In this document: positions 10,781-20,805 of the stretch, piece after piece
How positions within the stretch are numbered: position 1 is the stretch's first letter
Layout of the letters: every line of letters starts with the position of its first letter
DNA from: Geosiphon pyriformis uo1
Taxonomy: Eukaryota; Fungi; Glomeromycota
DNA length: 20,805 bases
Assembly: GCA_016748015.1 (NCBI GenBank)
Contig: JAAOMT010000109.1
Location: 1 to 20,805, forward strand
Reading direction: 5' to 3'
Notes under the pieces: generated by a model
The model's database searches: none
What the model was told of the DNA's origin: nothing
The model's input: the letters and a program-made list of their open reading frames with translations, nothing else
Translations under genes and position numbers: made by a program

Positions 10781-12643
10781 GTAAACTTAAAAACTGCTTT
10801 AAGCAATAGTATATTTAAAAAGAAAATATCCAAAAGAGCTTTTTATGTTTAATTAATGACTTTTTTTCTCAGAAAAAAAGAATTGTTCTTAGTAATATTA
10901 AATATTTAGATGATGAAAAAGACATATTATTGGTCAAATCAAATTTTAGTAGTGTATATTCAGATTTAAACAGTGAGTTTAATAGTGGTAAGGATAATTT
11001 TATTATGAAAAATATTAATAATAAATCTTTTTTAAGTTTAACAACAACTATTTTTAAAGCCAATAGAATAGGTGTTAACATAATTCATGACACTTTTCTT
11101 GGTTTTTTTAACTTTAACATAGAAAAAGAGATCAAATTTCTCTTATCTTTTTTTAATATATCTTTAAACAAAAAATAGATTAATTTTAAAATTGTTAATT
11201 AAGTAAAAATAGTTATTAAAAATTTTTTGCCTTATATATTAATCTATTAGCAATAAAAAACAAATTAGCAATAGCTAAAACTCAAAAAATTCTCAAATTT
11301 TTTTCAATAATCAATGGTTTTGAGAGGACTATTACTTCTTTAAAATTTGAAAAAATAATTAAATATATATTTATATCAAAGAAAAACATGAAAAAAGTCA
11401 TATTATTAATTAAGAAAAAAAGAATTATTGTAAACAGTGATGTTAAAAAACAAGAAATTAAATCAGATTAGGCTATAGTAATCAAAAAAATTTTATAAAT
11501 ATGTTAAAAAAATAATCATTACTGCAGTATCTGAGTTTAATCAAATTAAGTTAATTCAATTGTAATTAATTGGACTATAACAAAAGACTATAATAGAGTT
11601 CACCAAATTAGTTTAAGCAAATTAGTTAGCAGTAAAATGGTTATTCTTAATCAAAAAAGATTTAATACATATAATAAAGACTAAAAAATTGTAATGTTTG
11701 GATATTTAAAAACTGGTTTAAGATGCTTTTGTTTACTTTGTTTATAAAACAACTGTTTATAATTTTGTTGTTTTATTGAAAAAAACTGGTAAAAAAACTT
11801 ATATTATAAATCAATTATTCGATTTTGGCAATAGAATTTGTTGTACTATAGTTGGTTTTAAATTAAATAAAAAACTAGAGTTTGTCTTTTATACAAAATC
11901 AATTTTTGGTAATGTAAAATTCTCTTAGATTAAGATAAATTTGGTTTAATATAAAAAGTGTGAGCAATTTGAATATTTAGTTTAAAGTGTAATATATTAA
12001 ATATTTTTATCTTGTCTTTTTTAAAAACATATAAAAAAGTTGTTTTAGATAAAAATTGTTTTTAATTAACCAAATTATATGTTAAAAAAATGTTTTTATT
12101 TCTTGTTCTGCTGTTTTTAGTGACAAATTATAAGTGCAAATAGTTTTATTTACTGTTTTTACTAATAATATTTGTTTTGGTTCTGGTTCTGGGTTTTTTT
12201 TTTTAATACTTTTCATAATAAAAAAAATTTATTAATTGGTTAAAACAATTCTTTTATTGTAACTCATTTAGCTTTTTTGGAATGTTTTTTAAAGCTTTTG
12301 GGTGATTAGATATTGGAAATTATGGGAAAATTAAGTATTATAGATTTGATGTCTTTAGTATTTGTTTCTTAATTTTTTTTTAATTGTTTCTGTACTATTG
12401 AATTTAAATTCGGATTTGAATATGGTTTTAAAAGATTTATTAATGTTACTCATTTTTTCTTTTTTAGTTATAAAAAATAAGATTTTGGATTTAAGTTTAA
12501 ATAGCTCTAAGATTCTGATTACTAAAATAAATAGCTTAGAATTAAAAATAATAACTTTTAAGATTTTGGTTAATTTAGTTTTGGTAAGATTGAATTAATT
12601 GTGCTTTGGTTTGGAATTTTTAATGTTTTTTTCATTTTAATAA
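10781..12643 (+). pseudogene. LINE-B ORF1 relic
   Basis: INGFERTITSLKFEKII corresponds to LINE-A VNGFGGASTPSKFGGII, and AIVIKKI...AVSEFNQIKLIQL*LIGL*QKTIIEF corresponds to the RRM-like segment. Decayed zinc knuckle at ~11950-11990. Start position approximate. Confidence 0.8.
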
Positions 12644-15600
12644 TTGATTTAATATGAAAGTTTGCTATGTGTAATATTTGAGGTATTAATGTTTTTGTAA
12701 AACAGAAAAATGTTGTTTATTGGTATACAAGTCTGGATAATATGGTTTTTATTATTACAGAAACAAAATTAAGATTTAGTATTAAATTATAAATTGTAGA
12801 TAAATTTGATAGAGTACAGATTTTTATATTTGGTTTAGATAAAAAATTTTTTAGTGCTAAAATAACTATTATTATGAACAATTATCTGGTTTGGCATATC
12901 TCTAAGATAAAAAAAATTTTTAATTATGTTATTTTAATACAACTTTTTTTTAAAAACAAAATTTTAGTTATAATTTTGGGTTTATATGTTAATGTTTTTG
13001 TTAAAGCTAGATTTAATTAGACATTAAAAATCAACTTTTTTATTGCTTAAATTGTTAATTTCAGTACTTTTATAGTTTTAAATAGAAATTTTAATAAAAA
13101 TAGATCTAAAAAAATATGAATTTCAAGTTTTATGTAAATTTGGGTTTGGTTAATTTTTTTAATGAATATTTACTAATTAAAGCTCTTACTTAAAACAACT
13201 TTAAAAGTGTTAAGAAGATCATAAATTATATTTTTGTAAATAAAAATTTGTTATTTGCAGTTATTAGACATAAAATTAACTTTGTATTTGACTTTTTTAA
13301 TATTAATTACAACACTGTTTTAATTTTGGTTGGTCTGAATAGTCTTCTAAATATTTGTTTAAATAGTATGCACAAACAAACTAATAGAAATTATTAGAAA
13401 TTTAAGTTTAGAAATGCTAATAATAGTAAATAGAATAATTTTTATGATTTTTTTTTAATTAAGCTCTCTTTAATAATTAATAAGTTCAATAAAACAAATA
13501 AAAAAAGTGATCTAAATATTATGTACAGTCTCTTAAAAAATGTAATAATGGAATCAGCTAATAAGATATTCTTTAAATATTAGTATAATAAGGTTAAATA
13601 TTTTTTTAATAAACAGTTATTAAAGTTTTTCAAATTAGAATTGTTAGTTACTAAAATAGTAAAATTTTTTAGATCTAGTGATGTATTTAAAACTGATACT
13701 TTATTTTACATTTGGCTAATTGTTAATAGGAATAAAACTTCTAAAATACAAATTATAATTCAAAATAAGACTAAATTAATAAATGTTTTCAGTTATTTTA
13801 TCTAAGATTAGAAAAGATTATTACAAATCCAAATTGTATGAGTTTAAAGCTACTAAAACAATTACTATTAAATATACAATTAAGAAAAAAATAGAAAATT
13901 TTTGTTTAAATAAAGACTGCATAATTAGAAATATATTAAAAAAACTGTTTTATAAAATTGTATTAGATTATTTAATAGTTAATAAAAAACTGGTTTTAAA
14001 GTCTTATAAAGTTAAATTTAAAGTAGATGTTATTATAAAAAATTAAACCAAAAAGTATATGGTTTTTGGATTATTGTCAGGGCTTTGAATTAATTAATAT
14101 GTTCTTTTAAATCATGTAAACAATAGAGTCTTTTTAAAAATTATAAGTGTTATTGGTTTTAAAGAATTAGTTTATGTAATAAAAAATTTGTTAAATTGAA
14201 AAACTGTTGGTCTGAATGGTATCTTAAATAAACTGTGAAAACATTATAATAAAAATATTATAGATCTTTTTTAGTCTTTTTAAACTCATATTTATTTTTG
14301 GATATAATATCAATTTTATAAAAAAGAGTATAAGTTTCTATAATATTTAAATTTTATAAGTAAAATAAAGTTTTTATAAACATTAAGCTAATTATTTTAA
14401 TTAAAACAGCCAAGAAAATTTTTTTAAAAATTTTTTTAGATTGGATCTTATCTGTATGTAACTGATTTAATGTTTTTTGTAAGGACAATTTTTCTGTTTT
14501 AAAGAGTACTTTGATATAATTTTCTGTTTTTGCTGTTGGTTTAATAATTAAAGATACTTTGAAAAAGAATAGAAAAATTTGGTTGGTATTATAAAACATA
14601 TACAAGACATATAATTCTGTTGATTAGTTTTATTTAAAAACAAGTTTGCAGTATATCAAGATATGTAATAAATTTATCAATTTCTTTAACAGCATTTATG
14701 AAAACAAAATAAATAGAGTTATAATAAACTTTGGCCTTATATGTAAATATCAAATACATAATAAATTAGATCAAAATAAGATATTTTTTATTTTTTTTTA
14801 AAGAATCTTCTATAATTTTTTTTATGTAAGATTAAAAAACATGAATATTTATATAAATATTAGATTAATACCAGATTTATGACCAAAACAAACAAAATAG
14901 ATATTAAAAAAGAAAAATTTTTTTTTTACAGTTATTGTTTTTGTTGATAACACTATTAGAATTGAAAATAGTCAGACTTTTATACAATATATATTAAATA
15001 TTGCCAGTAAATTTTTTTTATTTAATGATATCTTAATTAATAATAATAAGACAATAGTTATTTTTATTAATTAACAAATTAAAAATGCTTTTTTGAGAAT
15101 TAGTGGACTACTAATTTTAATTGCCAAAAGTAAAATATTACATAGATATTTAAATATTTTTTTATTGACAAATAATTTGTTAAAGTCCAGCATGACCAAG
15201 ATTCAGTTTGATATTAAGTTTTTTTTAAATATGGTATTAAAAAAAGCTATTATAGATAAGCAATTTTCTTATCTGGTTTCAGCTGTTCTGTAATTTATAA
15301 TTGAATATTGGTTACAGTTTAGTTTTGTTTCTTCTGAAATTGCTGTTAATAAAATATTATAGTCAAAAAAAATTTTAGATTAAAAGCTAGTTTATTTCAC
15401 AATTTTTTTGGTAATACATTGTATTATTTTTTATTGTATAATTTAAAAACATTTGAGCAAGTTCAAACTAAAAAAAAAATTGCTTCAATTATTGTTTTTG
15501 TAAATACTGCTGGTATTTTTGGTTAACTTTTTAATTATGTTCTTAGATTTTCAAGTTTTGAATTGGGCTTCTTTGAATTTTTTGCAGTATTTAATTTGGT

Positions 15601-16377
15601 TATAAGTCAGTTTTTTTAATAATTTTTGGCTAAATTAATGTGTATTTTTTTGGACAATAGTTTTTTGTTGGTAAATAATTTGCTTTGTGTATTTTTTAAC
15701 TTTGACAAGTTTTTTATATTAAGTGTTCTAAGAGCTTTTTTGTACTTTGATAAAATTGGTTTTTTAAAAAAATTTAGAATAACTTTTTGTAACAGACTCT
15801 TGGACAAGAAAGGCAGAATAATAAATTAAAAAACATTTTACTACTAAAAGATATTAGATCTTATAAAGCCTATATCTTTTTGGTTTATTTTAATATTAAA
15901 GTTTTTAAATAGTTCTAATCTTATATCAGTATCTTTTGATATAACTTCTGAATTGGTAAATGATAATGTTTGTTGTCAAATATATTTTTAATACTGAGGA
16001 AGTGTTTACATAAGATCTAATCAAATGAAATCAATATATATATTGATAAGTCTTTAAAGAATTTAAGTTTTTTTGCTGTTACTAATAAAGCTGCTGCATA
16101 TTTTTTTGAAGTAAATTTAAGAATTGAAATCAGAGTTCATAAATTATTTTTATCAACACTAATTAAATTATATGCTGTAGCTTTTTTTTTAAAATATATG
16201 TTTTTTTCTTATGCTAAAATAGTGTATTTAGATAATTAGACTGTCATAAATATTTGTATTTTAGTATTGAAGTTGTTGAGTTAAGACTTTGTAATCACTG
16301 TTGAATAGAAAAAAAAACATATTGCAAACTTGATTAAAAATAAAATTTTTTTAGTAATTTGGTTAAAAGTTAAGAGA
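12640..16377 (+). pseudogene. LINE-B ORF2 relic (APE-RT-partial RNase H)
   Basis: LI*KFAMCNI*GINV..KQ and ITETKL (APE); L*NIYKTYNSV (~14586-14620) and FVDN (14940-14951) (RT); ORF 15093-15293 aligns with LINE-A 5376-6242; YIDKSL, STLIKL and WLKVKR (RNase H). Confidence 0.88.
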
Positions 16378-16670
16378 CTATTACCAAAAAAGCTGAAATT
16401 TTTATATAAAAATTTGATTTCTTAAATAAAAAACTTATTTTATTTTATATATTATACATTTTATTCACAAAAAACTTTAACAAACTAGTTAGTTTTGAGC
16501 TAAACAAAACTTTTTAAATAGAATATCTCATAAATAATTTGATTTTACCAAAGTTTAATTTTTTTAAAGAAAATAATATTATGGTTAAAAACCATAGTTT
16601 TTATTAGTTATTATATATATTAGCCACTAATATTATATAATTTTCTGTCCTATTTTTAGATAGTAATTAT

Positions 16671-16742
16671 TAACTTAATCAATAATTTAATTGTTAACTT
16701 AACTATTAATTTGATTATTAATCTAATTAATAATCTAATTGT
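16671..16742. repeat. Degenerate 12-bp tandem repeat, six units
   Basis: taacttaatcaa / taatttaattgt / taacttaactat / taatttgattat / taatctaattaa / taatctaattgt. Confidence 0.6.
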
Positions 16743-17786
16743 TGATTATTTTTAATAGCTATATAAGTAATAAGTTTTTTAAATATAAGAATATATGTAA
16801 GAAATCAAAAGAATAAAACAATATCTATTAATTAAATTCATTTCTTATTGTTTATTTTTCTTTTCTCATTTTTTACTTTCAAGTATTTAAACATTTGAAA
16901 TAAAAAATTACTTATTAATATTTATCTATCTTTTTTTGATCTGTATAATTGTAATATTTGAAAATTATTAAATAAAATATGATTAAAAAGTATATTTAAT
17001 ATTTAATATCAAATTCTAAAAGTGCTAATATAAGACATAAAATTGTATTAGTATGTTATTATTTATTAACAGTACAAATTATCTCTTTACTTTTAAATTT
17101 CTTAGTTATTTTTTGAAAAAATTAACAATTAAGATATTTTATAAGACTAATTTTATATGTTGAATTTCTACTTATTTAATTTCCTCTTTAAAGTTGAATT
17201 TTTTTTAATTAATTTATTATTTTACAATCTTGTTCTCCTTTGTTATTTGTTAATTTGTTACTTTAATTTATAATAATATCTTTAATTTGCCAAAATATTG
17301 GAAAAAAATACTAAATTATTAATAGTATTACAATAAAAAATATAAAAAAAGCTTTTTTTTAAGAAAATATATTTTCTATTAAATATTTTATCTTGAAATT
17401 AACAATTAATTAATATAAATCTATTTAATAAAATTATCTTAAAAACATAAATTTTTAATTATTACTACTTTGAACTTATTTATTTCAAATTAATATTTTA
17501 AAATTATTGGCTACTAATTTTAATAATTATTAATATTTTTAGGTCTGAATTTGAAATAATTTTCTTGAACATATTTTTTATTTTATTTTTATTTTTTATA
17601 TTTTTATTTTATATTATTTAAGTAACTTATAGGTAAAATTTTTTGTAAAAGAATTAATTTATACAATAAAATAATTACACATTATTTAGAAAATTTACAA
17701 ATAAAATTTTATAAAAAATATAAAATATTAATTTAAAATTATTAAAACTTAAATATAAAAATATATTTAATTAAATAAGTATTTAA

Positions 17787-18088
17787 ATAAAAGATTATTA
17801 AATACTTAAATAAAATAAAAACAAATAGTTTTTTTAATTTATATAGCTTAATATAAGTTTAAATTATTGGTTATATACAAAAAATGTGTAAGTAATATTT
17901 TTGTTACATATTTTAAGTTTTAATTAAATTATATTTAATTTTTTCCAATTTTAAAACTTACAATTATTTTTACTCTAAAATTATAAAACAAATTTTATTC
18001 AATATTAAAATATATAAAACAATAATAATGTCAATTTAACAAAACAAAAATAATTTAATGAATATTGCACAATACAATAATTATTAAA
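17787..18088 (+). promoter_or_regulatory. Upstream region and probable (decayed) 5' end of the right-hand nuclease-kinase gene
   Basis: Homologous to rc(3605-3840) and rc(10620-10640). TATATAAA at 18011 and a candidate ATG TCA ATT at 18028, followed by an in-frame TAA. Confidence 0.55.
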
Positions 18089-18187
18089 NNNNNNNNNNNN
18101 NNNNNNNNNNNNNNNNNNNNNNNNNNNNNNNNNNNNNNNNNNNNNNNNNNNNNNNNNNNNNNNNNNNNNNNNNNNNNNNNNNNNNNN

Positions 18188-18440
18188 TTTGAAAAGGAAG
18201 ATGAGTTACGTGAATTGAAGAAGAATTTGAGACAGGAGAAGTACAAGAACGAAAACGAAAAGCATTGGTGGATAGAAGATATAAAGGCGCTAGAAAAGCA
18301 AAAAGAAAAGCTAGAAAAGCAAAAAGAAAAGCAAAAAGAAAAGCTAGAAGAAGAAGTGAAGGAGCTAAAAACGAGTAAAGATAGATGGGAGTTGCAGATG
18401 CAAAAATTACAAAATACGTTGATGGAAACAACTCAGACAG
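18188..18440 (+). CDS. Coiled-coil exon (partial) of the Crinkler/Spok-like nuclease-kinase gene
   Basis: Open frame FEKEDELRELKKNL...LEKQKEKLEKQKEKQKEKLEEEVKELK...TQT, rich in E/K/L heptads, ending at the AG|GTAACT donor. The 5' part lies in an N gap. Confidence 0.8.
18290..18350 (+). repeat. In-frame 21-bp (heptad) tandem repeat
   Basis: CTAGAAAAGCAAAAAGAAAAG occurs twice (18290-18331), followed by the partial CAAAAAGAAAAG CTAGAAG. Confidence 0.85.
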
Positions 18441-18582
18441 GTAACTCGGGCGTTGGGAAATGGAATAGGATAAAAAAGTACTTTCTTTGGGGAAATAGAG
18501 TAGTGTGTAATAGGGTAGAATAGACATAGTAATGTGGTTTTCTATACTGTGGATTTATCACTAACTGGAGTTACTTTTCTAG
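18441..18582 (+). other. Spliceosomal intron (142 nt, phase 1)
   Basis: GTAACT donor, CTAAC branch point at 18561-18565, pyrimidine tract and TAG acceptor at 18580-18582. Conserved in the left relic. Confidence 0.8.
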
Positions 18583-19361
18583 TTNNNNNNNNNNNNNNNN
18601 NNNNNNNNNNNNNNNNNNNNNNNNNNNNNNNNNNNNNNNNNNNNNNNNNNNNNNNNNNNNNNNNNNNNNNNNNNNNNNNNNNNNNNNNNNNNNNNNNNNN
18701 NNNNNNNNNNNNNNNNNNNNNNNNNNNNNNNNNNNNNNNNNNNNNNNNNNNNNNNNNNNNNNNNNNNNNNNNNNNNNNNNNNNNNNNNNNNNNNNNNNNN
18801 NNNNNNNNNNNNNNNNNNNNNNNNNNNNNNNNNNNNNNNNNNNNNNNNNNNNNNNNNNNNNNNNNNNNNNNNNNNNNNNNNNNNNNNNNNNNNNNNNNNN
18901 NNNNNNNNNNNNNNNNNNNNNNNNNNNNNNNNNNNNNNNNNNNNNNNNNNNNNNNNNNNNNNNNNNNNNNNNNNNNNNNNNNNNNNNNNNNNNNNNNNNN
19001 NNNNNNNNNNNNNNNNNNNNNNNNNNNNNNNNNNNNNNNNNNNNNNNNNNNNNNNNNNNNNNNNNNNNNNNNNNNNNNNNNNNNNNNNNNNNNNNNNNNN
19101 NNNNNNNNNNNNNNNNNNNNNNNNNNNNNNNNNNNNNNNNNNNNNNNNNNNNNNNNNNNNNNNNNNNNNNNNNNNNNNNNNNNNNNNNNNNNNNNNNNNN
19201 NNNNNNNNNNNNNNNNNNNNNNNNNNNNNNNNNNNNNNNNNNNNNNNNNNNNNNNNNNNNNNNNNNNNNNNNNNNNNNNNNNNNNNNNNNNNNNNNNNNN
19301 NNNNNNNNNNNNNNNNNNNNNNNNNNNNNNNNNNNNNNNNNNNNNNNNNNNNNNNNNNNNT

Positions 19362-19712
19362 TATAAGTTCACAAGGCGTCAAACCCATACTCCTGGTATA
19401 CCAGACTTCAATTGTTTTCTTGGAGAATTATTAATCTTAGTGATCGAAGTTAAAAGAAAGCATGTGTTAGAAGATATTGGTGGAAGGAGGTTTCCCGAGT
19501 TTTATCAGGATAATGACAAGGCAAGAATGGTGGTCCAACAAATCTACAATTATATGGGAGCAAATGAGCGTAGATATGGTATTTTAACCACCTACGATAA
19601 TCACTGGTTCCTACGCCGAGAGCACACAATGCTCTGGATCTCAGAAACTCTTTCACTACAATCAAAATCTCCGCCAGTGCTTAAGGCGTACGCTTATTTG
19701 GCTCGACAAGCA
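19362..19712 (+). CDS. PD-(D/E)xK restriction-endonuclease-like domain (partial CDS)
   Basis: Stop-free frame absent from the ORF track: ...GIPDFNCFLGELLILVIEVKRK...VVQQIYNYMGANERRYGILTTYDNHWFLRRE..LWISE...VLKAYAYLARQA. PD, ExK, QxxxY and YGILT..W.F are hallmarks of HsdR-N-like / CR-REase nucleases. Confidence 0.88.
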
Positions 19713-20669
19713 ANNNNNNNNNNNNNNNNNNNNNNNNNNNNNNNNNNNNNNNNNNNNNNNNNNNNNNNNNNNNNNNNNNNNNNNNNNNNNNNNNNNNNNN
19801 NNNNNNNNNNNNNNNNNNNNNNNNNNNNNNNNNNNNNNNNNNNNNNNNNNNNNNNNNNNNNNNNNNNNNNNNNNNNNNNNNNNNNNNNNNNNNNNNNNNN
19901 NNNNNNNNNNNNNNNNNNNNNNNNNNNNNNNNNNNNNNNNNNNNNNNNNNNNNNNNNNNNNNNNNNNNNNNNNNNNNNNNNNNNNNNNNNNNNNNNNNNN
20001 NNNNNNNNNNNNNNNNNNNNNNNNNNNNNNNNNNNNNNNNNNNNNNNNNNNNNNNNNNNNNNNNNNNNNNNNNNNNNNNNNNNNNNNNNNNNNNNNNNNN
20101 NNNNNNNNNNNNNNNNNNNNNNNNNNNNNNNNNNNNNNNNNNNNNNNNNNNNNNNNNNNNNNNNNNNNNNNNNNNNNNNNNNNNNNNNNNNNNNNNNNNN
20201 NNNNNNNNNNNNNNNNNNNNNNNNNNNNNNNNNNNNNNNNNNNNNNNNNNNNNNNNNNNNNNNNNNNNNNNNNNNNNNNNNNNNNNNNNNNNNNNNNNNN
20301 NNNNNNNNNNNNNNNNNNNNNNNNNNNNNNNNNNNNNNNNNNNNNNNNNNNNNNNNNNNNNNNNNNNNNNNNNNNNNNNNNNNNNNNNNNNNNNNNNNNN
20401 NNNNNNNNNNNNNNNNNNNNNNNNNNNNNNNNNNNNNNNNNNNNNNNNNNNNNNNNNNNNNNNNNNNNNNNNNNNNNNNNNNNNNNNNNNNNNNNNNNNN
20501 NNNNNNNNNNNNNNNNNNNNNNNNNNNNNNNNNNNNNNNNNNNNNNNNNNNNNNNNNNNNNNNNNNNNNNNNNNNNNNNNNNNNNNNNNNNNNNNNNNNN
20601 NNNNNNNNNNNNNNNNNNNNNNNNNNNNNNNNNNNNNNNNNNNNNNNNNNNNNNNNNNNNNNNNNNAAA

Positions 20670-20805
20670 ACGCTCTTATGCGAATTTCGCGGTGAAACAA
20701 TTGCTTTAAAGACTGTCTACTTGGCAAAAGCACCACCATATGTTCTGGAAGAAATGCAAAAAGAAGTAGAGATCTATGAAAGTCTTGCTGATATCCAGGG
20801 ACAAT
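20670..20805 (+). CDS. Protein kinase N-lobe (partial, runs off the window)
   Basis: TLLCEFRGETIALKTVYLAKAPPYVLEEMQKEVEIYESLADIQGQ contains subdomain II (IALK) and the alphaC Glu (KEVEIY), followed by L..IQG as in fungal REase-associated kinases. Confidence 0.82.

Larger units (their letters stand above)
10650..16377 (+). mobile_element. LINE-B: heavily AT-eroded, 3'-truncated non-LTR retrotransposon of a related but distinct family
   Basis: The 5' end matches that of LINE-A (TAAAAAACTTCTTTCT, 10660-10675). Decayed ORF1 and ORF2 are collinear with LINE-A up to the RNase H WLKVKR motif, where homology stops. The ORF1 N-terminus is unrelated to that of LINE-A. Confidence 0.9.
18089..20667. other. 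Three N runs (18089-18187, 18585-19360, 19714-20667)
   Basis: 99, 776 and 954 Ns; assembly gaps or masking. Confidence 0.98.

Noticed and set aside
3851-16377. Idea that LINE-A and LINE-B are two arms of one giant palindrome or foldback element
   Set aside because: The ORF1 N-termini are unrelated, divergence goes beyond transitions, and the spacer matches host promoter DNA, so these are independent insertions.
16671-16742. CRISPR-like or telomeric array
   Set aside because: Contiguous degenerate 12-mers with no spacers, in a eukaryotic context; best treated as an eroded minisatellite.
17000-17560. Possible further eroded coding sequence on the minus strand
   Set aside because: Some codon-like texture, but no recognisable motif or partner sequence in the window.
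1-18088. Organellar or alternative-genetic-code origin for the AT-rich DNA and frequent in-frame stops
   Set aside because: All three stop types occur at W/Q/R positions, consistent with transition damage; LINEs and a spliceosomal intron indicate nuclear DNA.
18441-18523. C-terminus GNSGVGKWNRIKKYFLWGNRVVCNRVE of ORF 18065-18523, with a P-loop-like GNSGVGK
   Set aside because: It is read-through into the intron (donor at 18441, branch point and acceptor present, intron conserved in the relic), so the motif is probably coincidental.
18055-20739. Minus-strand ORFs of 63-352 aa spanning or adjoining N runs
   Set aside because: Most are open only because of Ns; the real coding frame is on the plus strand.

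Overview
Eukaryotic, very AT-rich genomic window, most likely fungal. The protein families and the spliceosomal intron suggest Glomeromycotina/Mucoromycota; this is an inference from recalled family similarity, not a search. The centre holds two different non-LTR retrotransposons (LINEs; ORF1 with RRM and CCHC, ORF2 with APE, RT and RNase H) lying head-to-head about 35-60 bp apart. LINE-A (minus, ~3851-10611) is full length and moderately decayed. LINE-B (plus, ~10650-16377) is extremely C>T/G>A-eroded and 3'-truncated. Flanking them are two divergently oriented paralogous genes with a coiled-coil + PD-(D/E)xK nuclease + protein kinase architecture (Crinkler/Spok-like). The right copy (18188->20805, plus) is seen as three unmutated islands between N gaps. 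The left copy (~1495-3555, minus) is missing from the ORF track and is readable only after reversing C>T/G>A changes. The two share upstream DNA, exon 1 and a phase-1 intron, but appear to carry different nuclease-kinase modules. The region records pervasive RIP-like transition mutation affecting both transposons and this gene family.
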